Below, in pieces: positions 54,116 through 64,000 of a stretch of DNA of 64,000 nt. The position numbers and the translations under genes are program-made. The stretch is from Eledone cirrhosa (lineage: Eukaryota), in contig OZ024741.1 in NCBI GenBank assembly GCA_964016885.1, positions 89,714,001-89,778,000 of the forward strand, written 5' to 3'. Under the pieces are notes generated by a model that was not told the origin of the DNA, ran no database searches, and saw only the letters and a program-made list of their open reading frames with translations. The stretch's first letter is position 1. Each line of letters starts with the position of its first letter.

Positions 54116-56179
54116 CCCTTTTTATTGTCCGAGGAGAAAAAGAGATTATAAGGATGTAAGCGGAGGGAGGTCGGAGCATTGAGTAATAGGAATCTTCAAT
54201 AGTTTTACTGTTGCTGCCTTAACCAGGTCCTGTTTATTAGGTTTTGGAAGCTTTCCATACTGATGACATCTTGGCTAGTGCAATCAACTAAAGAAAACAG
54301 TGATTATTTTAACGTGCAGTTGACCATTTCTTACGTAGTTCTAAATCTAGTATTGTGCTGTAAGGTTACATTTTATCTCAAACACTACATATGCTTAGAT
54401 GGTACATGATGGTTTGAAGACTTAGAACATTCATAAAATGTTAAAAATAACCATTAAAAATGGTTCTCAAACTAAAAGAATATCAAACAATGAGTCGCAG
54501 GACTGCCTAAAAGATATGTGCAGTTCTAAACTTTCCGAAGCGAAGAAAATAAGACCAGCTTTTTGGTAGTTCTAATCATTGCGAAACTAACCAAACTGAG
54601 TCGAATTAATTAGAAGATCCTCTACGTGGTCGTTGGACCTGCTAGCAATATCAACCAAATCTCTCACAATACATTGCCATAAACAAGGAAGGACGTATGG
54701 GATAATTTATTTCTAAAAATGAAATGATCACAACTGGAAGACAGTTGATCTCAGGTCTGTTATATGAGAGATGACCTGAGGTGACACTACACCAACCACA
54801 ATATCAACACTATCACAACCACCATTATCCCCATTACCATTGTCTGACCACTATAATGACTACATTAACAGGCATAGATTTTAGTAATATTTAGTAACTG
54901 TCACATCACCCATATCTGGCCTTTAGATACGCCTGAGCTTGGATCACATTCACGATAACAACATCTGTTAATAACCCTTTAGCCGATTAAAAGAAGACTT
55001 TATTTTTATGTCAAAATATGAGGAAAATTTACAAGAGGTGTCAAACTGTCTTAGACGACCAACAGATGTAATTTGGGAAACGTAAAACTGGGGAACTCAC
55101 AACGTAAACCGACTTCGTCCCTCCACAACTCAGTCATAAACATCTTATCAACTACTTCTTTATACTTTAAAATAAATCTGACGCAGGTGTGTTCTATGTA
55201 AGGATCAAGTAATTAATTAGCGATTAAATCCAACACAGGTGTGCACTAGATGAAGAAATAATCAATTAAATTAAATGCGACACGGCTGTATACTATGTGA
55301 TAATCAACGTATTAATTAGGGATTAAAAACGACATAAGTGTGTTCTAGGTGATGATAAACTAATTAATTATATTATAGCTTACACAGGTGTTTCTTTGGA
55401 GATGAGTGACTAATTAATTAGGAATTAAGGTATTATGGCTGTTGTTTAGCCTCAGAAAATTCTGAGCCACAGATCTATGATCAAAGACTTTCTCACCGGT
55501 CTCAATCCATCTTTTATTCGGACAGTGAACCTAAGCGTCTATTATGCAATATGTCTTTCTTTTATTTAGAAGTTACGGCGTGAGTTAAAGGAGATTTTGC
55601 TACTATTTCTAGCAGATCGACTGATCACGCAAAAACTTGCACATTAGCTTGTGTGGTGATGTTGACATTGTTGTTTAGCCCTAGGTCAATACTGATCCAG
55701 CAGTCCGTCACTTGGCTTCCCACCGCCAGCTGATCCTTCGATACCTCTAGCGTAGTCCACTCTGATACAGACATTCGGGTCAAGCCTCCAGTTTGGGGAT
55801 AACTTACTCCCTTCTTCCACCCCACATGTCTTGGAGCCACTGAAAAAGCTCATTAACACTTCCCTTCTTCAAGACGAAGCGATAAAGAGACCAATGATCA
55901 ATTGGGTTCCAGCTGTGACCTTCTCATCTTCTATTCGGTTATTCAGAGAGTGAAAGATCACATTATCCAATGTTTCTTTTCTGATTTAAGTAGGGTGTCA
56001 CCCGGAAAATAGAGATTCGGTTACAGTTTCAGTTACAAGTGACCAGGCAGATGCTTTTTAAATTGCTTGCAGTTATTCTTGTTATTGTTGTTGTGTTGTT
56101 GAAGATCAACCTGGATTGATGAAACCTCGGCCATCTAGGTAGTTCATTGAATAATTAGTTTCGATCATCAGATTCGTAG

Positions 56180-56424
56180 TTCTGCCATGCAATAGTTATT
56201 GGTGGTGTTGTTGTCGCTGATGCTGCTGCTACCGTTGATATTGTTATCATTGTTGCTGTTGTTCTTGTTGCTGCTCTTGTTGTTGTTGCTGTTGTCATTG
56301 TTGTTGTTGTCGTCATTGCTGTTGTTATTGTTGTTGTTGCTGTTGCTGTTGTTGTTATTGCTGTTGTCATTGTTGTTGTTGTTGTCATTGATGTTGTTAT
56401 TGTTGTTGTTAATGTTGTTGTTGC

Positions 56425-56485
<61 letters not shown>

Positions 56486-56512
56486 GCTGTTGTCATTTTT
56501 GTTGATGTTGTT
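56180..56512. repeat. (GTT)n-rich trinucleotide tract
   Basis: Direct reading of the sequence. Confidence 0.95.
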
Positions 56513-56715
56513 TAACTCCATATTAGTCGTGACGAATCAAAAGCCTGCCATCCCATCCTATCTCATTTTTTTCAGATCAGACAAAGTATAAGCAGTGAAT
56601 TGGCAGAGCTTGTAGAACATAGGATGGAATGTTTTGGTGCCTTATGGTATCTGTGAGGTACTGAGGTAAAAAGAGGTCGTTTGGTACCTAATGTCTGTGA
56701 GCTACCCAATTTCTG

Positions 56716-56990
56716 TGGAGGCACGTGGCCTAGTGGTAAGAATGTTGGACTTACGATCATAATGTCGTCGGTCCAATTCATGGACTGGGTTGTGTGTTGT
56801 GTTCTTGAGCAAAAACACCTCATTTCACGTTGTTCCAGTATACTTGACTGAAAATGAGTACCAGCAATAGCTGGGGATTTAATCCTACGATGGATTGGCG
56901 TCCTGTCCAGGGGGAGTCTTGTACTCTCAGTCGCTTCACGCCACGAAAACCGGGATAAGCACCGGCCTGATGAGCCTCCAAGCTCGAGAC
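56716..56990 (+). mobile_element. SINE, second family, near full length
   Basis: tRNA-like head (TGGCCTAGTGG), gtgttcttgagcaaaacac core, cgcttcacgccacgaaaaccggg tail. Confidence 0.75.
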
Positions 56991-57448
56991 AAACTTTAAA
57001 CTGTTTTAGACCAAAGAAAAAATGTTTTTTATATGGTATCTGTAAAGTGCCAAAATAAAATGGCGTCTTATGGTATTGGTGAGATACCAAGGTAAAATGG
57101 CGTCTTAACATGTTTGTGAGGTACAGAGGAAAAAAAGATGTCTTTTGGTTTCTAATTCTGTGAAGAACTTAGATAAAATAAGATTCGTATTTTGGTAGAG
57201 TTTTTGTCTTACATCCATGTCACTAATGACGTAATACTTGTCTGTTGTAAGATGACTTATGTTTGTTTATACTCACTCCTCCACTACCCCCTCCCCCTCC
57301 GCCTCCGTTTAATTTTCTCCTCCATGGCCTTAAAATGTATAATACTGGTGGTAGTAGTGATGATGACAACGATGACAATGATGACGATGATGATAATGAT
57401 GATGACGATGAGGTGGTGATAGTAGCTGTGGCAATGAAGAATAATAAG

Positions 57449-57484
<36 letters not shown>

Positions 57485-57673
57485 TAGGGAGAGAGAGGAG
57501 GAGGAGGAGAGAGAGGGGTAGAGAGGGAGAGAGAGGGAAGAGAGAGAGAAAGGGAGAGAGAGAATGAGTAATGAAGAGAAGAAAAAGAAGCTCCACAAGA
57601 TAGAGAATGAGAATGAGAATGTGGGAAATGAAGGTAACAGATGGAATGTGGAATAATGATGTAAAGGGGCAGT

Positions 57674-57713
<40 letters not shown>

Positions 57714-59139
57714 GAGAGGAGGGGATGATAAGAAACTATAAAATACGTAAATAAATCAAAAAAGAATATGAAGAAAGAGGCGAAAGAAAAATAGCAAAAA
57801 GAAGGGAAATAGAAATAAATTAAAACAAAGAACAAATATAGAAGAAAAGATAAAGAGAAGAAAGAAGAAAAAATATAATAGAAGGTGAAGAAGAGAAAGG
57901 AACACGAGAGAAACAGTGTGAGAGACGCCCAATGACAAAACAAGATGGAAAATTCGCAAAAAATCGTTGTGTGTCTGACCCAATTTTATACAGCTTACAC
58001 TTAAACATCAGAAAGAAGACCAGTTGTGACTCGTCACTAGTCTACTCCTAGTCATTGCACTGAGATAATTAACTTTCTATATTCTTGAGCTGAAATAAGA
58101 TGATTTATTCAGGCGGACACTGAATGCTTGTTAGAGTAGCTTACACGAAAGACGTCAGTTTTGTTTTTTATTAGACAAAGCCGTCGTTTTGCTGTGGACA
58201 GTGAGGATTTGTTAAATTCAGTAATGAATCCTCTAACGGAAAATTTTGTTGAGTAATTTATGTTCTTATTTTATCTTAATTTTCATTTTGGTATATCAAA
58301 ATGACACTGAAATACATTAGAGCTGCCAAATTTCATGTAGGGTAAGGGAATTGGTTTAAAATAATAAATGTTATGGCTGAGGTTTTCAACAACTTGTTAT
58401 AGCTTTTCGGTGAAAATCAGTGATAAAGTAATGGACTCGTTAAAGATTTCGTCTTCGTTTAGTGCGTCAAGGATGGTTACAAATCACTGACGATAACTAG
58501 AGCTCGGTATTTCAAATTTATTTTCTATTTTATCAGTATGATATGAATTCACAGTATAAATTAAATACAACAACAAAACACTAGACAGATTCCTATCCAT
58601 TTTAATTTTCTAGAGAACGAGGAAATTGGTGTATGAGCTTTGTACTTTCTTTCAAACTGTTTAGATTGATCAAAGGAGTTGGTTTTCAGTTTTAACTGCG
58701 GTTGGGGATCGCATAGTTCTACAAATGTCAGGCTTATTTTTATTGACTTTGCAATATGGCACCGAAGAAATATGAAACGAGGTTTTAGGTGGGTTGGTAT
58801 CAGAAGGGTTAAATCTTGGCTATTTAAAGTTTTCTCTTTCATCTTTATAATTACCAGTTAAAATATATCTCAAGTTCTGATCGCTAGATCAGTAAATTGG
58901 TTACATATATTAATATATTAATACCGCCAACGTAAGTGTCTGCTAACTCATAAACCGATTATTAACACTCAATTATCAAGTTCAAAAGTTTTATATTACA
59001 TAGGGGACAAACAGTGCTACTGTACTATATACTGAAAAGCAAATTGTTTGCCGTCTAGAGTTGTTCACCACTTTCCTTTCTGCGCTCTGAGTTCAAATCC
59101 CGCTGAGGTCAATTTTGCCTTTCATCTTTTCGAGAGTAA

Positions 59140-59590
59140 TCTATATATCAATACGCTTATACCTACGTACCGTACGTCCGACCGTGTGTGTCACGCTTTC
59201 AGTAATTACATAGTAATTTATCTAGAGAATGTGAGAAACAGAGTTCACCAGCGACGAAATGCCATAATTGAAGAGCAGCATTTGAGCAGTGAACAGTGCG
59301 AGAGTTAAAGTGATACCTCAAAACGACTCCACCCATGGCCGCAGAAGGGGAATCACCTTTACTAGAAACATTGTATATAGGGAAGTGCTTTAAAGGATGT
59401 TTTTTTATGTGTACTTTTATGAAATTAATTTTAAATAAACTTACATTATTATACATAAAATAAAGGAAAATATAATTGTTTATTCACCAAAATACTGCAA
59501 ATCAAACAACTTTGATTAACTGATAAATATTCATTGGACAATATTTAAATTTCAAAAATTATCCGTGAATTTTTTTACGGGTCCAGCTAG
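59140..59590 (+). mobile_element. Non-autonomous Helitron
   Basis: A|TCtatatat 5' end, subterminal hairpin atccgtgaa/tttacgggt (59561-59582), CTAG|T 3' end, no target duplication. Confidence 0.7.
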
Positions 59591-59946
59591 TAAAATATAA
59601 TCCTGGGCGGTGGGTTGGCATAATATTAGAGCGTTGGGCGAAATTCCTCGCGATATATATATATATTTTTTTTAAATCCTGCTGTGGCCATGGCTGAAAG
59701 ACTTAATCTGTCATTCTGTTTAACACAACCTTCGAGGCCTTAGGTGTCTTTGGTTGAGTTCACTCTATTGAAAACATCCGGACTAGGTCACTGGTTTGGA
59801 GATATCTCTCCTTTCCTTTTAACCTCAGTGTCTTCCAAAGTGTCTTGGGCACTATGCACCTGAAATTTTTCAGAGTACTGTCCACCAGTATTATTTATGG
59901 AAAGTTATGCTCTTATCCATTCTTCGTTTTTTAAAAAACTTTTATC

Positions 59947-60131
59947 AGTGGATTGGCAGTATCGGTAGAGGGTCGGACGCCATGCTTTGACGCATAGAGT
60001 TACGCCCCTTGCCATTCTGAGTTCAAATCGCGCCGAGGTTAACTTTGCCTTACATCCTTACAGGGTCGATAAAATAAAGTACCAGTAATGTACTGGGTAA
60101 TTGCTGGCCTTGTGTCAAAAGTAGAAACAAT
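59947..60131 (+). mobile_element. tRNA-derived SINE (main family), full length
   Basis: A box TGGCAGTATCGG, B box GAGTTCAAATC, core and agtagaaac tail. Confidence 0.85.
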
Positions 60132-60509
60132 TATTTGCATTATACCGATTGACAATGCTGGGTACCTACGTCCGTTATTACAAGCCTTGTACCAACTACC
60201 AAATCATTCTTGATTCCGAATGACGGTTATATATATATTCGACTCCTTTTTGTCCTTTCTCTGCTCTTTCCATCCCGCTCTCGTGTTCACCACCTCTATC
60301 TCTACCTACATATATATATACATATATTCATGAAATGGGTTGTATGAATGAAATTAAATGTAAATTGTTCACAGTATTTAAAATAAAGAAAGAATTATTA
60401 TTCAGATTGGTAGAATCGTTAGAGCACCAGTCAAAATGCCTTGCAGTATTTGTCCCGACTCATTAATCAAATTCTGCTGTGGTCAAGTTTGCCTTTTATC
60501 TTTCTGGGA

Positions 60510-60587
<78 letters not shown>

Positions 60588-62864
60588 CATGTTTTGTCTG
60601 AATAGGTGATATGATCAATTGAATAGAAAGCAATATCTTCCCAGTGTTTATTCTAACGACCCTGGACACGGATCACAAGGAAATAGCCAATGAGTCATCT
60701 ACTCTCCATTTCTACAGATTGTGTTAACACTATCGATCTACAATGAAACCAATACAGAACAATGGCTAGGCCTTACCCTCTTCATATATCAAGTGTGTGT
60801 GTTGGAGCTTCGTCGGTTCTGACGACGAGTGTCACAGTTGTTCCAACAACGGAACTGCACGCTCGTGAAAATTAACGTGGAAGTGGATGAGTATTCTGCA
60901 GACACGTGCATCCATAGCGTATGTCTCAGGGAGATTCAGTGAGACGCACTCTGTGTGAAAAGGCTTATTTTTGCTAGCTGAGTGGACTGGAGGGACGTGC
61001 AATACAGTGTCTTGCTCAAAGACAGAACACATCGTCGTGAATCAAACTGACGGCTTTAGGATTGCCCGCCCTTTATATAACTATAAAGGATCGATATAGC
61101 AATATAGAAATATTTCCTATAAACCGGTTCACCAAGCTAGTCTACAAACGTGTAACTCCTCCCACCCTCCCCACCCACCATGTTTGCTGCCTCATCCCTC
61201 ATACTCATTTACTCTTTCACTCATTTACTCTTACAAATCTGTCCCCTCTTCGCCCACACACCCATTGAGACTGATAGCGGAATATTATATGTGGCGAAAT
61301 GCAGAATCTTTAGAACGTCGGATAGAGCATTTCGTAGTTCGTTCCGGCTCTCTGCGTTCTGAGTTCAAATTCCACCGAGGTCAGCTTTGCCTATCATCCT
61401 TTCAAAGAAAGTACCAGTCCAGTACAGGTGTCGATTCTTCCTCTATGTCTTGCTCACTTCCTCTCTATCAATCTATTACTCCTCTTCTCTGGAAGGAGTT
61501 GGCTATATTTAAACCTGGAAAGGAGATGGCTTCCATCAGGTTTTTAAATGCCCAAGACACACTGTATGTCATTACGGCACCGCTACGACTCCACCAGGAG
61601 TTACTGGTCCATATATAACACATACATATAGTTCAGCATAACAGCTTTAGAATACAGTATTATATAGCAGTCACATAGCACCACATCATATAACAGCAAT
61701 ACTGCTATATGGCACTTTGGAATCTTTCATTAGTCGCTCACATCACAGTTGGACCTTTGATAAAAGGTTTTCTCAATCAGGGTTGACTCGGGGCTAAACA
61801 CCAATAAAAATAGCTCTCCATTCTAATACGGACCCACACTACTATGATATTGCTATTGCTAAACACTTCCATGTATTATAGTGTGGTGTGAAAATTGTGA
61901 TACCTTATTAATGTACGGCAATTGCTAATTTTTCTTATATTAATACTAATACAGTATTTGTAATTTCAAGTGAACTCTTCTAACTTCTAAGTGAGATCAT
62001 GCCATTTCAATATGAGATTAATGATTTCAAACTGAAACTCTACCACTAGAAGGTCAGAATAATGCTTCCAATGTGAGAATAGCAATTTCAAAGTGAGATT
62101 AGCACAAACAGATTTCTATCATTGAAATTATAACATCAAAACATTATAACACCCTTTGTAATGGCAGCAAAGTGAACTTGCTTAATTAATTATAAGTGTT
62201 CATTAGTCAAGCAGTGATGCAAAATACTCATTTATTTTTTGCAAAGTCATTAATGAATTGTTGTTTATTGCTTTGTACAAATATTCACGCAACTTAATCA
62301 TCAACATTCAGATTGGAGCTACCGCCATTCCACGTTAAAAGGCATTTAGCTTATACGAATATTGCAGTAAGTGGGTTAAGACTGGAATAGACCTCAATCG
62401 GTTTTGACGGTGAGTGATTCAGTTGATTCAATCAACAGAACTGCCTGCTCGTGAAATTAAAGAGTAAGTGGTTGAGCATTCCATAAACATGCGTACCCTT
62501 AACGTAATCACCGGGAAGATTCAGCGTAACACACTGTGTGATAAGGTTTGGCCCTTTGAATTACAGAGCTTCCAAACAGTTTCCATTTAGCAAATTTCAC
62601 TCACTAGGCATGGATGGACTCGAGGCTATAGTAATTGACACTTGCAGTGGGATCAAACCAGACATTACATTGTAATTTACAAGCCTAAGAAACCACAGAT
62701 CAATATCCGCCGATACGGAAGCAGCATTGCTGCTTTCAGAACACCCCAGAAAAGTAATCAAGGATAAAAGTTACCACTGCTAAGAGCAAGTCTTTATTAA
62801 TTTATTTTGGTAGGAAACCATTAATAACAAAAAACAAATCCTCCATTCCCATTATGCCAAACCC

Positions 62865-63746
62865 ATGACTTCCAAATATCTGATCCACCGAAACTCAGCT
62901 GTTTCGGACCACACCAAAATCAACATACTGATTGCGGATTTGGTACGGGTAATGAGAAACGTGTCTCGCATGTGCAACCTCAAAGAACTAGAGAGACACA
63001 TACAACACTTCATCCACCGTATGCAGTTCTCTGGTTACAATCAGAGAGATAAAATCAGAGTATATAGAGGAGCCAGAACCAAATGGGAAAAAATGGTAAA
63101 TAATGATACAAATGGGACCTGCCCCTTGTATAGAAGCAAATTTTGGAATAGAATAGAAAGAACTAGGAATAAGGTTAATAGAATAAACTCATGGTATGAT
63201 AGCAATAAATACCAGAGTGTGATGTTCATCAATACAACCCCTAGAGGTGAATTAGCTTACAAATTTAGAAGGGCCCTAGATAAACATAAACTCAATATTA
63301 AGATAGTAGGTACCTCCATAAAAACACTTATTAGCAATAGATACCCTTTTCAAAGACCTCCCTGTATAGATAAGAAATGTATAATCTGTAAACTAAGCCC
63401 CCATATTAACTGTAAAACTAGAAATGTAGTATATAGCATAAGATGTACTGAAGGACAATGTAGAGATAAGAATATAGTGTACATAGGTGAGACAGCTCAT
63501 AGTATAGGAGAACGGATAAATGAACACTGGCGAGAGCTTCAAGATAGAAAAGAATCATCTGTACTCCACCAACATGCTAAAATAGAGCATAAGAGTAAAT
63601 TAGAGAACATAGAAATAAAAATAGAATCTACACACAGAAAAGACGCAATGTTTAGACAAATCACAGAGGCAATAAACATAAATGAACTCCAACCAAAATT
63701 AAATAGAAAACATGAATGGAATAGCAACATCACAGCTTACAATTAA
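62865..63746 (+). CDS. Penelope-like element ORF, 3' part: RT thumb, Cys-rich linker and GIY-YIG endonuclease (Neptune-like); 5'-truncated
   Basis: IHRNSA..K..L..SGY, CIDKKCIIC..C linker, NVVYSIRC..YIGET..ERINEH..SVLHQH..RQITEAINI..PKLN. Confidence 0.9.
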   Translation: MTSKYLIHRNSAVSDHTKINILIADLVRVMRNVSRMCNLKELERHIQHFIHRMQFSGYNQRDKIRVYRGARTKWEKMVNNDTNGTCPLYRSKFWNRIERTRNKVNRINSWYDSNKYQSVMFINTTPRGELAYKFRRALDKHKLNIKIVGTSIKTLISNRYPFQRPPCIDKKCIICKLSPHINCKTRNVVYSIRCTEGQCRDKNIVYIGETAHSIGERINEHWRELQDRKESSVLHQHAKIEHKSKLENIEIKIESTHRKDAMFRQITEAININELQPKLNRKHEWNSNITAYN

Positions 63747-63945
63747 GGACAAAATGAAAGCACACACACACATAGAACAAACAACCAACCAGTAACATGT
63801 AAATAAAGAAATAAATAAACAAATATAAACACACACAGACACCCCGATGTAACACATGCGCAAACTAAGCACACAACACACACAAAAACAAGATGGCGTA
63901 GGACAGAACAAAGGAGAGGCACACAAACAAAGAAAAGAATCCCCA

Positions 63946-63988
63946 GTCACTGAAGAGGTCACAGAATGTGTGACGAAAGAACTTTGAC
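63946..63988 (+). ncRNA. Type I hammerhead motif in the 3' UTR/pseudo-LTR of the Penelope-like element
   Basis: gtca-CTGAAGA-g-gtcaca-gaatg-tgtgac-GAAA-gaac-TT-tgac, 200 nt after the ORF stop. Confidence 0.8.
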
Positions 63989-64000
63989 AATATATGAACA

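Noticed and set aside
56155-56591. Poly-Thr, poly-Asn or poly-Leu proteins
   Set aside because: (GTT)n repeat that is open in several frames.
56960-56995. CTGATGAG in a SINE tail as a ribozyme
   Set aside because: Followed by GAGA rather than GAAA, with no stems I or III.
58561-58842. Penelope RT or other protein fragment
   Set aside because: Only vague motif resemblance, not supportable without a search.

Overview
AT-rich, microsatellite-dense eukaryotic DNA. The SINE and repeat content looks molluscan and Octopus-like (inferred from recalled repeat motifs, not from a search). I found no host protein-coding gene; most ORFs in the track are translated microsatellites or satellite. The window is made up of decayed transposons: RTE-group, Tx1/L1, R4/Dong-like and CRE-like LINE fragments, two Penelope-like GIY-YIG 3' ends, hAT and mariner scraps, a Helitron and many tRNA-derived SINEs. 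It also holds a 5.5-kb array of a 41-bp satellite. The main hidden signal is a dense set of minimal type I hammerhead ribozyme (HHR) motifs, read by eye as stem I-CUGANGA-stem II-GAAA-stem III-UH-stem I. About 20 complete, variant or partial motifs fall into roughly 10 sequence families. They sit in short non-coding elements anchored in (TA)n tracts, often as inverted pairs on opposite strands, and one lies just after the Penelope-like ORF at the window end. HHRs in Penelope pseudo-LTRs and retrozymes are a known class. The density, core variants and fold-back geometry here merit follow-up. No folding or searches were run, and coordinates are hand-counted (motif ends may be off by a few nt, element ends by tens of nt).
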